The notes: generated by a model not told the origin, from the sequence alone. A stretch of DNA of 64,000 nucleotides from an uncultured Alphaproteobacteria bacterium (GCA_963770355.1 CAVYPL010000014.1:41370-105369), one strand, 5' to 3'; shown: positions 51,195 to 62,025, numbered from the stretch's first letter. Numbers and translations are program-made.

Positions 51195-51956
51195 CTACCG
51201 CGGCGCCATGCGAAGCGCGGCATCGAGCCGCACCACTTCGCCGTTCAGATATGGATTGTCGATCATGTGCAGTGCGAGCGAGGCGAATTCATCGGCCTGG
51301 CCGAGCCGGCGTGGGAACGGGATCGAGGCGGCAAGGCTATCCTGCGCCTCCTGCGGCAAATTGGCCAATAGCGGCGTGAGGAACAGGCCAGGCGCAATCG
51401 TCAGCACGCGAATGCCGAACTGCGACAGTTCACGCGCGATCGGCAGCGTCATCGCGACAATGCCGCCCTTCGAGGCCGAATAGGCGGACTGGCCGATCTG
51501 ACCCTCATAGGCCGCGACTGAAGCCGTCGAGATCACGACACCGCGCTCGCCGGTCGAGAGCGGCTCCAGCTTCGCCATTTCCGCGGTCGCGAGCCGCAGC
51601 ATGTTGAAGGAGCCGATCAAATTGACCTTGATCACCCGGTCGAAATCGGCGAGCGGCATCGGGCCTTCCTTGCCGATCACCCGTTTTGCCACTCCGATGC
51701 CCGCGCAGTTCACGAGCACGCGTGCCGGACCATGCGCCTTGGCGGCCTGCGCGATCGCGGCTTCGGCCGAGGCCGCATCGGCAACATCGCAAGCGACGGC
51801 AACGCCCTTGATTTCAGCCGCGACAGTTTCGGCGAGCTTGGCATTGAGATCGCACACCGCGACCTTGGCGCCTTGCGCGGCAAGCCTGCGCGCCGTCGCG
51901 GCGCCCAATCCCGATGCGCCGCCGGTGACGATGGCGGCCTGGTCCTTCAACTGCAT
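51195..51956 (-). CDS. SDR-type 3-hydroxyacyl-CoA dehydrogenase (HSD10-like)
   Basis: 253 aa with TGGASGLG, the catalytic YSASKGG, and the tail NGEVVRLDAALRM typical of type II HADH. Confidence 0.8.
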   Translation of the reverse strand: MQLKDQAAIVTGGASGLGAATARRLAAQGAKVAVCDLNAKLAETVAAEIKGVAVACDVADAASAEAAIAQAAKAHGPARVLVNCAGIGVAKRVIGKEGPMPLADFDRVIKVNLIGSFNMLRLATAEMAKLEPLSTGERGVVISTASVAAYEGQIGQSAYSASKGGIVAMTLPIARELSQFGIRVLTIAPGLFLTPLLANLPQEAQDSLAASIPFPRRLGQADEFASLALHMIDNPYLNGEVVRLDAALRMAPR

Positions 51957-51986
51957 GGTCTTCTCCCTGACAACTCTTCTTCGAAT

Positions 51987-53882
51987 TCAGTTCAGCGTGA
52001 TTACCTGTGCCGGCGGTGACGGCGAATAAAGCGCTTCGATCAGCGCGCCGCGATGCTCAAGCACCGCGCGCTGATTGATCGAGCCTTTGTCGGTGACTTC
52101 GCCGCGGTCGATCGACAGCGGCGTATCGAGCAGCACCGCACGCGCGATGCGGCTCGACGATCCCGTGGCGCTTGCGAGCAATTTCTGCAATCGCTCGCGG
52201 AATGCGGCGCGGATCGCGGAATCGGATGCGGCGGTGGCGATATCATCGGACGGCAGGTTTGGATTGATCAGGCGGCAACCGTCGAGATCGAGGATCACCA
52301 GCGCCGATATCTCGTCGCGGTTGATTCCGGCAATGACGACATCGCGCACCAATGGCGCGCAGGCTGCAACGAAGCGCGCGCGCAACGGGCCGACGCTGAC
52401 CCAGGTGCCGCTGGCAAGCTTGAAATCCTCGGCGATACGGCCGTCGAAATCGAAGCCGGCATCGAAATCGTTTGCGTCGGCAGGCTTCAGCGCATCGCCG
52501 AATTTATAGAAGCCTTCCTCGTCGAACGCAGCCGCCGTGAGCTCCGGCTGACGCCAGTAACCCGGTGTCACGTTCGGACCTTTGGCGCGAACTTCCAGCT
52601 TGCCGTTGTTCGGCAGCAGCTTTGCGTCATTGCCGAGCACGGGGAGCCCGACATGACCGGAACGGGAGGTCGCGGGCCGTACCGACATGAAGAACGGCGA
52701 GGTCTCGGTGGCGCCAAGCCCGGTCAGCATCGGAACGCGAAAACCTGTCTCCTGCACGGCGAGTTCGTCGAGGCTGTTCCAGACGAACGGCGACAGCGCC
52801 GCACCGGAGAAGAACATCGCATGCAGCCGGCCAAAGAACTTTGCGCGCAGCGCCGAATCCTCGCGCAGATAGGGCAGCAGCGATTCATAGCCTTTGGGGA
52901 CATTGAAATAGACCGTCGGCGAAATCTCGCGAAGGTTACGCACGCTCTCCTCGATGCCGCCGGGCATCGGCTTGCCCTCGTCGAGATACATCGAGCCGCC
53001 ATTGAACAGCGTCAGTCCGATGTTGTGATTGCCGCCAAAGGTGTGGTTCCACGGCAGCCAGTCGACGATGACCGGCGGCTCGTCTTTCAAAAATGCCAGC
53101 GTCTCGCGCAGCATGACCTGGTTGGCGCAGATCATCCGCTGGGTGTTGATGACCGCTTTGGGATTTCCGGTCGAGCCTGACGTCAGCAGGAATTTTGCGA
53201 TGGTATCCGGACCGATGGCATCATGCGCAGCGTCGAGGCGCGGATGTTCCGATGTCGCCAGCAGGTCCGATAGCCAGGTCACGTCGCGGCCGGGCACGGC
53301 GCCACGTGAAGCGACGATTTCGGTGCCCAAGGAAACGTTGGCCGTCAGGGCGTCGGAAAATTTCGACGCGTCATCGGCGAAGACGAGCCCGGGCGTCAAC
53401 AGCTTCATCAGAAAGCCGAGCTTGCCGTAATCCCGCGACACCAGCGAATAGGCCGGCGACACCGGGCAAAAGGGAATGCCGGCATAGAGCGCGCCGAATG
53501 CGAGCAGCGCATGATCGATCGAATTGCCGGAGAGAATGACGATCGGCTTTTCGGCCGAGAGCCCGCGCACGAGCAACGCCGAGGCAATGCGCCGCGCCGA
53601 CGTTAGCAGTTGCGCGTAGGTGAGTTGCCGCCAGCCGCCCTTCGCATCGCGCTCCGCCATGAAGACGCGATTGGGTTCAGCCTTGGCCCAGTGATGCAGG
53701 CGATCGGTGAGGCGCACCGGATAATCGCGAAGCTCGGCCTTCGGCCGCAGGTAGATGGTGCCGTTGTCATGCCGCTCGACGGTCACAGTGGGATTGCCGA
53801 ACGAGATCGCGCGCAAGGGGTGAGCGCTGCTGGCGCGCGCCGTGCTTTCGGTAGGGACGGACATGTTGGGCTTGGCGCTCAT
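51987..53882 (-). CDS. feruloyl/4-coumaroyl-CoA synthetase-like AMP-binding enzyme
   Basis: 631 aa. The AMP-binding motif is LLTSGSTGNPKAV. The long N-terminal region (VTVERHDNGTIYLRPKAEL...YPVRLTDRLHHWA) resembles Fcs-type feruloyl-CoA synthetases, as I recall them. Confidence 0.75.
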   Translation of the reverse strand: MSAKPNMSVPTESTARASSAHPLRAISFGNPTVTVERHDNGTIYLRPKAELRDYPVRLTDRLHHWAKAEPNRVFMAERDAKGGWRQLTYAQLLTSARRIASALLVRGLSAEKPIVILSGNSIDHALLAFGALYAGIPFCPVSPAYSLVSRDYGKLGFLMKLLTPGLVFADDASKFSDALTANVSLGTEIVASRGAVPGRDVTWLSDLLATSEHPRLDAAHDAIGPDTIAKFLLTSGSTGNPKAVINTQRMICANQVMLRETLAFLKDEPPVIVDWLPWNHTFGGNHNIGLTLFNGGSMYLDEGKPMPGGIEESVRNLREISPTVYFNVPKGYESLLPYLREDSALRAKFFGRLHAMFFSGAALSPFVWNSLDELAVQETGFRVPMLTGLGATETSPFFMSVRPATSRSGHVGLPVLGNDAKLLPNNGKLEVRAKGPNVTPGYWRQPELTAAAFDEEGFYKFGDALKPADANDFDAGFDFDGRIAEDFKLASGTWVSVGPLRARFVAACAPLVRDVVIAGINRDEISALVILDLDGCRLINPNLPSDDIATAASDSAIRAAFRERLQKLLASATGSSSRIARAVLLDTPLSIDRGEVTDKGSINQRAVLEHRGALIEALYSPSPPAQVITLN

Positions 53883-53883
53883 G

Positions 53884-54684
53884 TCAGCCGGGTTTCACCT
53901 TTGCGGTCTTGCGATCGAGAAAGGCGCGAATGCGGCGCTTTGCCTCTTTGTCGCTCTGCGCCACCGTCGCCATCAGCGACTCCATCAAGAGGCCCGTTTG
54001 CGGATTGGCCTCGGCGATCATCGGCAATGCCTGCAGCACCGCAAAATTGGTCAGCGGCGCGTTCGCCGCCACGCGCTCGGCCAACTCCAGTGCCTTCGGC
54101 AGTGCACCGCCGGCTTCGGTGAGATATTGCGAGAAGCCATAGGCCGCGCCTTCGGTGGCGGAATAGACGCGGCCCGTGAGCATCATGTCGGTCATCCGAG
54201 CCACCCCGATCAGCCGCGGCAGCCGCACCGAACCGCCGCCACCGACGAAAATGCCGCGCTGCCCTTCAGGGAGCGCGAAATAGGCGCTGGGCTCGGCAAC
54301 GCGGATATGCGCTGCGCAGGCAAGCTCCAGCCCGCCGCCGATCACCGCGCCCTTAAGCGCCGCGATCACGGGCACGCGGCTATATTGAATGCGATCGAAC
54401 ACCCGGTGCCACATCTGCGAGTGCCGCAGGCCCTCGGTGGCGTCCTGCTCGGTCAGTTCGGAAAGGTCGAGGCCGGAGGAGAAATGATCGCCGATGCCGT
54501 GGACGACCACCGCACCGATCCCGTCAGGCAGATTGGAAAAGCAATCCTGGATCGCGAGGATAATGCCGTCGTTGAGCGCGTTGCGCTTGGCCGGCCGGTT
54601 CAGGCCCACGGTCAGCACCGCCCCTCGCCGCTCGATCTCAAGCAATTCGGATTGACCCGCGGTGGCGGAGGCGGCGTTTCCCAT
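53884..54684 (-). CDS. enoyl-CoA hydratase (crotonase family)
   Basis: ORF 53884..54771, with the ATG at 54684 avoiding overlap with the upstream gene. LNRPAKRNAL and GGGLELACAAHIRVA are present. Confidence 0.85.
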   Translation of the reverse strand: MGNAASATAGQSELLEIERRGAVLTVGLNRPAKRNALNDGIILAIQDCFSNLPDGIGAVVVHGIGDHFSSGLDLSELTEQDATEGLRHSQMWHRVFDRIQYSRVPVIAALKGAVIGGGLELACAAHIRVAEPSAYFALPEGQRGIFVGGGGSVRLPRLIGVARMTDMMLTGRVYSATEGAAYGFSQYLTEAGGALPKALELAERVAANAPLTNFAVLQALPMIAEANPQTGLLMESLMATVAQSDKEAKRRIRAFLDRKTAKVKPG

Positions 54685-54711
54685 GAAGCTTATTGGTTCC
54701 TGTCCAGAATA

Positions 54712-54726
54712 GTTATGTTTTATAAC
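54712..54726. promoter_or_regulatory. candidate operator GTTATgttttATAAC
   Basis: A perfect 5-N5-5 inverted repeat in the 83-bp gap between the DUF3237 gene and the crotonase gene. Confidence 0.35.
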
Positions 54727-54767
54727 GATTGGGGACGGAGTCAATAAGGCCCTGCTGCCAATCCCGT

Positions 54768-55229
54768 TCACAACACCTGATGCACGTCGATGACGACGCG
54801 ATCGGCGTGGCGGGCGGCGGAGCCGATGAACAGGTTTTCCATCAGCCAGCGGTATTTTGCGGCACCGGTCTCGAATTTCGGCACGGTGCGGAAATAGATC
54901 AGTTTGGGGTCGACCGGCTCGCCGCGCTTCAGCTTTTGCAAGAGTTCTACCGGGCCGAAACGCAAGCCTCTGTTCTCGATATAGACCACCGCACCGTCGT
55001 CGGTCTCGAAGGCGTATTTCGCTTCGAGCTCGATCAGCTCGTTGGGCCGGATGATCTGGAAATCAGCACCGAACGCGCAGACCTTGCCGTTGATGCCCTC
55101 GCCTTTCACCTCACCGCCGATGATCGGAATGATGCGGCGGACGCCGGTGCCGATCTCGCCAGCGGAGGTTACGTCGCCGATCAGGACGGTGATGGTGAAG
55201 ACATATTTGGTCTGCAGCACAGGCGTCAT
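54768..55229 (-). CDS. DUF3237 (UPF0311) family protein
   Basis: 153 aa. GTGVRRIIPIIGGEVKGEGINGKV...GADFQIIRPN...YFRTVPKFETG matches the family as I recall it. Confidence 0.75.
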   Translation of the reverse strand: MTPVLQTKYVFTITVLIGDVTSAGEIGTGVRRIIPIIGGEVKGEGINGKVCAFGADFQIIRPNELIELEAKYAFETDDGAVVYIENRGLRFGPVELLQKLKRGEPVDPKLIYFRTVPKFETGAAKYRWLMENLFIGSAARHADRVVIDVHQVL

Positions 55230-55265
55230 CGAATACGTCCCATCTGACTTTTTCGGCCAAGGCCT

Positions 55266-56591
55266 CTAGTGCACCCCGGCCATCATGCGGTGCGGCAGCC
55301 AGGTCGCCAGCAGCGGAAAGGCAATCAGAATGACCAGACGGATCAAATCGGTCGCCACGAACGGAATCACGCCCCGGAAGATCGTGGAGAACGATACGTC
55401 CTTTACGACGCTCTTGATGACGAAGACGTTCATCCCGACCGGCGGATGAATGAGGCCAAGCTCCACCGTCATCACGATGATGATGCCGAACCAGATCGGA
55501 TCGAAGCCGAGATGCATGATCACCGGAAAGATGATCGGCACGGTCAGGATGATCATGGCCATCGCATCCATCAGGCAACCCAGCACCAGGTACATCACCA
55601 TGATCAGAGCGAGGATTCCGTAAGGGCCGAGCCCGAGGCCGGTGAGAAGTTCTGTGACCTTCTGCGGGGTCTGCGTTACCGTGAGGAAATATCCAAAAAT
55701 CAAGGCGCCGATCAGCACCGTGAAGACCGCGGCCGCGGTGCGGGTAGCCTGCAGCAGAGAGTCCAGGATTTTTTCGCGGTCCAGCCGTCCGGTGGCGATG
55801 CCGATCAGGAACGCGCCGGTCGCGCCGACGCCGCCCGCCTCGGTCGGAGTGAAGCGCGGCAGGAACGGCAGGCCGTACAGCCCGCCGATGACGAAGATAA
55901 ACAGCAGCACCGGCGCCCAGATGTTCTTCAGGCCGGCAAAGCGCTCACGCCAGGTGGTTTGCGGGCCGGTCGGCAAAAAGCCCGGCCGGAAATAGCCGAT
56001 CAGCGCGATGGTCAGCATGTACATCGTCATCGCGAGCAGGCCGGGGATGATGCCGGCGATAAACAGCTTGCCGATGTCCTGCTCGGTGATGATGCCGTAC
56101 ACCGCCAGCACGGTCGATGGCGGCAGCATTGCGCCTAGCGTGCCACCGGCCGCGATCACGCCAGTGGCGAAGGATTGCGGATAGCCGAAGCGGCGCATTT
56201 CCGGATAAGCCACGGCCGAAAACGTTGCCGCAGTCGCAACCGACGAGCCGCAGATGGCGGCAAAGCCGCCGCACGCTGCGACCGTGGCAATCCCGAGTCC
56301 GCCGCGCAAATGTCCGACGAAACCATTGGCGGCGCGGAACAGCTCGCGGCTCATGCCGGAATTGCTTACCAAAGTGCCCATCAGCAGGAACATCGGAATG
56401 ACGCCGAACGTGTAGTCGGTCACCGTCCGCATCGAGGTCTGGCCGACCAGCTTGAGCGCCGGCGAGAAACCGACCAGATAACCAAAGCCTGTTACGCCGA
56501 CGAGGCCCATCGCCATGCCGACCGGCACGCGCAGCAGCATCAGCGCAAACAGCGCGACAAATCCCAGGACCGCAACGGCGTCGGTGCTCAT
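55266..56591 (-). CDS. dctM: TRAP transporter large permease
   Basis: 441 aa and highly hydrophobic, with more than 10 TM segments. It starts 6 nt after the dctQ stop. Confidence 0.9.
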   Translation of the reverse strand: MSTDAVAVLGFVALFALMLLRVPVGMAMGLVGVTGFGYLVGFSPALKLVGQTSMRTVTDYTFGVIPMFLLMGTLVSNSGMSRELFRAANGFVGHLRGGLGIATVAACGGFAAICGSSVATAATFSAVAYPEMRRFGYPQSFATGVIAAGGTLGAMLPPSTVLAVYGIITEQDIGKLFIAGIIPGLLAMTMYMLTIALIGYFRPGFLPTGPQTTWRERFAGLKNIWAPVLLFIFVIGGLYGLPFLPRFTPTEAGGVGATGAFLIGIATGRLDREKILDSLLQATRTAAAVFTVLIGALIFGYFLTVTQTPQKVTELLTGLGLGPYGILALIMVMYLVLGCLMDAMAMIILTVPIIFPVIMHLGFDPIWFGIIIVMTVELGLIHPPVGMNVFVIKSVVKDVSFSTIFRGVIPFVATDLIRLVILIAFPLLATWLPHRMMAGVH

Positions 56592-56597
56592 GCCGCC

Positions 56598-57107
56598 CTA
56601 CTCCACGGTCTTGATCTTGGGATCGTGCATCAGATCCGGATGGAAAATCAGCCGGTAGGTGCGGATCGCGATCAGCAGCACCGCGGAGACGTCGCCGGCC
56701 CAGGCGACCGCGAAGAACGGCCAGGTCGGCATATGCATCTCGAAGGTAAGGACATTGTCGTTGTAGGTGCCGCGCACCTTGTCGAACAGCGTCCAGGTCT
56801 GCACCGTCACGACGAACAGCAGCACCAGCGTCGCGAACACGTCGATCCAGCGCTGGTACTTCGGGCTGACATTGGCCCAGATCAGGTCGACGGTGATGTG
56901 GCCGCCGCGATAGCTGGTGGCGGCGATGCCCCAGAAGATCAGGATGCCGAGCAGCATGCGCCCGATGTCGAACGAATCCGGGATCGCATAGTTCAGCGTG
57001 TTGCGCAGAATGACCGCGATGAAAATATTCAGAGCGACGATGCCGACAAATCCGGCCGCGATCCACTCGATCGTATCGATGAAACGATCCATAGACGCGC
57101 GATTCAT
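56598..57107 (-). CDS. dctQ: TRAP transporter small permease
   Basis: 169 aa with 4 predicted TM segments. Confidence 0.85.
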   Translation of the reverse strand: MNRASMDRFIDTIEWIAAGFVGIVALNIFIAVILRNTLNYAIPDSFDIGRMLLGILIFWGIAATSYRGGHITVDLIWANVSPKYQRWIDVFATLVLLFVVTVQTWTLFDKVRGTYNDNVLTFEMHMPTWPFFAVAWAGDVSAVLLIAIRTYRLIFHPDLMHDPKIKTVE

Positions 57108-57187
57108 ATCCGCTCCAAACGGCTGGCGATGGCTGGAAAAACGCGGCGGCGGATGATTCCGCCGCCGCCTCGACAGGTGACAGATCG

Positions 57188-58222
57188 TTACTGCGTCAGT
57201 GCGTTGTACTTGGCAAGCGCGGTGCGAAGTTCGGTCATCGCGGCATCAGGATCGACACCGGTTTTCTTGACGCCTTCGGCCCAGGTCTTGAACAGCGGCT
57301 CGGAGGCTTTCTTCCACAGCGCCATCTGATCCGGCGTCAGCTTGTAGACTTCGTGTCCTTGCTCCGCCTTGACCTTGTCGACGCCGGCGTCCTCGAACTT
57401 GCCCCAGGGTTCGCCGACCCGGCCGGCGGCTTCCGTATTGCAATTGTCGTCGATCGCCTTTTTCTGGCGGTCGGACATCTGGTTGTATTTGTCCTTGTTC
57501 ATCACGAAGGCGAACGTCGTAACGTAGAGCGGCGCGTCCATGTGATACTTCGTCACCTTGTCGATGCCGAACAGCACCAGCGACCCCCACGGGAAGGTAA
57601 CGGCGTCGGCCACACCGCGCTCGATGATGTCGCGGACTTCCGGCGCCGAGGATTGCACATTGGTGCCGCCGAGCTGGGTGATGAAATTCGCCATGGTGGC
57701 GTGGGCCGGGCGGACCTTCATGCCCTTGATGTCATCGGGCACGACGATTTTCTTCAGACGCGAATGAAACGACGACGGCGAATGGATGAAAGCGAGGCAG
57801 AACTTGACGTCTTTCATCTCCTTCTCGGCGTATTTACGGTACCAGGCGTCGAGCGCCATCGAGCCGCCCTTGGCATCCGACATCAGGAACGGCAATTCGC
57901 CGGCGCCGATGATCGGGAAGCGTCCAGGCTGATAGCCCGGATTGACGTAAGTCACATCAGCGATGCCGTCGCGCGCCATGTCGTAATGATCGAACGCCTT
58001 GCCGAGCTGCTGCGCCGGGAAAACCTTGGATTTGATGGTGCCGCCGGATTCCTTCTCGACCGCGGCGCCCCAATCCTCCAGCGCTTTTTGCAACGGATGC
58101 GACGCCGGCACCCAATGCGATAGTTTAAGCTCGAAGGTCTTTTCCTGCGCCAAAACCGGCGTCACGGCAGGCGTCACACTGGCGGCCAGCAGCAACGCCA
58201 AAAACGTTTTCCTCATCGACAT
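57188..58222 (-). CDS. dctP: TRAP transporter periplasmic solute-binding protein (TarP-like position)
   Basis: 344 aa with a GGGAG RBS and a signal peptide ending in VLAQE. DctP-family features are present. Confidence 0.85.
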   Translation of the reverse strand: MSMRKTFLALLLAASVTPAVTPVLAQEKTFELKLSHWVPASHPLQKALEDWGAAVEKESGGTIKSKVFPAQQLGKAFDHYDMARDGIADVTYVNPGYQPGRFPIIGAGELPFLMSDAKGGSMALDAWYRKYAEKEMKDVKFCLAFIHSPSSFHSRLKKIVVPDDIKGMKVRPAHATMANFITQLGGTNVQSSAPEVRDIIERGVADAVTFPWGSLVLFGIDKVTKYHMDAPLYVTTFAFVMNKDKYNQMSDRQKKAIDDNCNTEAAGRVGEPWGKFEDAGVDKVKAEQGHEVYKLTPDQMALWKKASEPLFKTWAEGVKKTGVDPDAAMTELRTALAKYNALTQ

Positions 58223-58268
58223 CGTCTCCCTCGGTGATTGCGGGCTTTAATGGCCCTTTGCGAACATT

Positions 58269-59509
<1,241 letters not shown>

Positions 59510-59512
59510 TCC

Positions 59513-59570
59513 GTCATTCTGAGGAGCGCGCTTGCTCCCTTCTCGAAGAATGAACGGCCGAGATCCGGGC
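59513..59570. repeat. REP-like inverted repeat (cgtcattct ... agaatgaacg)
   Basis: The sequence ccgtcattctgaggagcgcgcttgctcccttctcgaagaatgaacgg lies directly after the pobA stop. Confidence 0.5.
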
Positions 59571-59744
59571 GCGCGTTCGATGGCGGTGTACATCGCGCTA
59601 CACGAAACCGACGAATTGCCGGTGTGATGACAAGGCACTGCGTTTTAAACAACCGTCGATAGCTCGTTTAAAACTTTGTAGGCGGTGCCATGCGTCAAAA
59701 CTTCGTCTTCAATGGCGGCACGTATCTCAACTCGTGAGTTGCAC

Positions 59745-60173
59745 ATGACCACCACCGACGTCCCCGAAGGCTTTGAGCCCCGCCTCCGAAAAAGCCCGCT
59801 CACCGAACCCTGGGAGCCGCTTTATGCCAAGCGAACCGACAAGGCCGTTATCATCGGGCTACGGCTGGCCAAGCCGCACACCAACGGCCGCGGGTTAATT
59901 CACGGTGGGCTGATTGCGGCGCTGGCCGACAACGCGATGGGGCATAGTTGCGGCTATCAAATGGGCGGCGTGTCTTCGCTGGTAACGATCAGCCTCGCGG
60001 TCGATTTCATCGGCTCCGCACAGGTGGGGCAATGGCTCACGATCGAGTCCGAAGTAATCAAGACCGGTCGCACGATCTGCTTTGCGCAGAGCCTGATCAA
60101 GGCCGACGACGTCGTGATCGCTCGGGCTAACGCAACATTCCGCGTGGTACCGAAGAAGGAGCAGGCGTCGTAG
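59745..60173 (+). CDS. PaaI-family hotdog thioesterase
   Basis: 142 aa from the ATG at 59745. GLIHGGLIAALADNAMG is typical of PaaI/YigI-type thioesterases. Confidence 0.8.
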   Translation: MTTTDVPEGFEPRLRKSPLTEPWEPLYAKRTDKAVIIGLRLAKPHTNGRGLIHGGLIAALADNAMGHSCGYQMGGVSSLVTISLAVDFIGSAQVGQWLTIESEVIKTGRTICFAQSLIKADDVVIARANATFRVVPKKEQAS

Positions 60174-60271
60174 AGCCTTTTCGGTTCTGATTGAATCAGA
60201 ACCGGGCTCTATTCTTTTGTTTTGACGCGTTTTCTTTACGCGAACCGGTGTCCACTTCGCTCGAAAACGCT
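60174..60271. repeat. 98-bp composite repeat, copy A (hairpin cggttctgatt/gaatcagaaccg + T-rich tract + conserved 50-nt module)
   Basis: It starts immediately after the thioesterase stop and ends 6 nt before the convergent LysR stop. The hairpin spans 60182..60204. Confidence 0.8.
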
Positions 60272-60277
60272 ATGGTC

Positions 60278-61171
60278 CTAGCCGAAATGCCATTCGCTGA
60301 TCTCGGTGACGAGATCGATGAAGGTACGCACCTTGGCCGAGAGCAGCCGCGACGTCGGATAGACGATATGGATCGGCATTGCCGGCTGCTCGAATTCGGC
60401 GAGTACGATCTTGAGCCGTCCGGCCTTCAGCGACTCGGCCGCCTGATAGAACATCACCCGCGTCAGGCCGCCGCCCTGCTCGGCATAATGGATGGCGGCG
60501 TCCGAGCTGTTGGTCGCAAAGCGCGGCGTGGACGTCAGACGAATTTCGCGGCCGTTCTCGATGAAGCGCCAGTCCGGGCCTGCGGTCATGGCGCCAAACT
60601 GAATCGTTTGATGCGCGGCGATTTCGACCGGGTGCGTCGGTTCGCCATGTGCTCTAAGATAATCCTTTGAGGCGACCACGATCCGCCGCATCTCGCCGAC
60701 GTGACGCGCGACCAGGGTCGAATCCGGGAGGTGACCGATCCGCACCGCCAGATCGACGCCGTCTTCCACCAGATTGACGATGCGATCCGACAGCCGTAGT
60801 TCCGCGCTGACCTCGGGATAGCGCTTCAGATAGGCCGACATCACGGGATTGACATGCAGCCGGCCGAACCCGAGCGGCGCGGAAACCACCAACAGTCCCC
60901 CCGGCCGCGTGCGCTCCCCCTCGACAGAGCCTTCGGCTTCCTCGACATCGCTAAGGATGCGGCGGGCGCGTTCCAGATAGCGTGTGCCGATATCGGTGAG
61001 CGTTACCGACCGCGTGGTACGCTGGAGCAGCCGCGCGCCCAGGCGCTCTTCCAGTGCCGCAATCAGCCGCGTGACGCCCGATGGCGACAGGCCGAGCTTG
61101 CGCGCGGCAGGCGCAAAGCCCTGCAGATCGGCGACGGTGACAAAGGCCTGCATGGCATCGAGACGATCCAT
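60278..61171 (-). CDS. LysR family transcriptional regulator
   Basis: 297 aa with an N-terminal HTH (MDRLDAMQAFVTVADLQGFAPAARKLGLSPSGVTRLIAALEERLG). Confidence 0.9.
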   Translation of the reverse strand: MDRLDAMQAFVTVADLQGFAPAARKLGLSPSGVTRLIAALEERLGARLLQRTTRSVTLTDIGTRYLERARRILSDVEEAEGSVEGERTRPGGLLVVSAPLGFGRLHVNPVMSAYLKRYPEVSAELRLSDRIVNLVEDGVDLAVRIGHLPDSTLVARHVGEMRRIVVASKDYLRAHGEPTHPVEIAAHQTIQFGAMTAGPDWRFIENGREIRLTSTPRFATNSSDAAIHYAEQGGGLTRVMFYQAAESLKAGRLKIVLAEFEQPAMPIHIVYPTSRLLSAKVRTFIDLVTEISEWHFG

Positions 61172-61293
61172 GGCATTATTTCATATATCGCAACAGTGAA
61201 GTGTCAATCCGGAAGATTGTTTAAAATTCGGAAAAGCCCATGTTGGAGACCAGAGAGCACCCGTTTGCATGCCCTGAATTTCAGGAGACTCAA

Positions 61294-61923
61294 ATGTCAG
61301 ACGTTCACACCTATTCCACCGATGTCGCGTTTACGCCGGCGGTGAAGGCGATCCAGACCCGCAAGGGCTCCCGCGACGGGTATGCCCACCTCGAGCAAAG
61401 CGGCGGCTGGCGCACCGAAATCGACGAAAGCCTCGCGGCCTTCCTGGCCGAGACCAACAGTTTCTATCTCTCCACCGCGAATGCCGACGGCCAACCCTAC
61501 ATCCAGCATCGCGGCGGCCCGAAAGGGTTCGTCAAAATGCTCGACAAGAACACCATCGCCTTCGCCGACTACAGCGGCAACAGGCAGTACATCACGCAAG
61601 GCAACCTCTCGGAAAATCCGAAGGCGTATATCTTCATCATGGACTATGCGCATCGCCGGCGGGTGAAGATCTGGGGCGAGGCGCAGGTGGTGGAGAACGA
61701 TCCCGCGCTGACGGAAGCGCTGATGCCGAAGGGTTACAAGGCGCGGCCCGAGCAGGTGATCCTGTTCAAGATCTCAACATGGAGTACAAATTGCCCGCAA
61801 CACATCCCGCAAAAATTCGATGCGGCCGACGTGGCGGCGGCGCTGGCCTCGCGCGATGCTCGCATTGCCGAACTCGAGGCGGAAGTGGCCGCGCTGAAGA
61901 GCCAGCCCGCATCGGCGGGCTAG
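61294..61923 (+). CDS. pyridoxamine 5'-phosphate oxidase-related FMN-binding protein
   Basis: 209 aa from the ATG at 61294, with a CAGGAG RBS. FYLSTANADGQPYIQHRGGPKGFVKMLD is a PNPOx-like split barrel. The Ala/Glu-rich C-terminal tail is ARIAELEAEVAALK. Confidence 0.8.
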   Translation: MSDVHTYSTDVAFTPAVKAIQTRKGSRDGYAHLEQSGGWRTEIDESLAAFLAETNSFYLSTANADGQPYIQHRGGPKGFVKMLDKNTIAFADYSGNRQYITQGNLSENPKAYIFIMDYAHRRRVKIWGEAQVVENDPALTEALMPKGYKARPEQVILFKISTWSTNCPQHIPQKFDAADVAAALASRDARIAELEAEVAALKSQPASAG

Positions 61924-62021
61924 AGTCTCTCCGGTTCTGATTGAATCAGAACCGGAGCTCTATCTTTTGTTTTGACGCGTTTTCTTTACGCGGACCGGTA
62001 TCCACTTCGCTCGAAAACGCT
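61924..62021. repeat. 98-bp composite repeat, copy B
   Basis: It starts immediately after the PNPOx-like stop and ends 4 nt before the convergent GST stop. The hairpin spans 61931..61955. My manual alignment to copy A shows 5 substitutions and 2 single-base indels. Confidence 0.8.
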
Positions 62022-62025
62022 ATCA

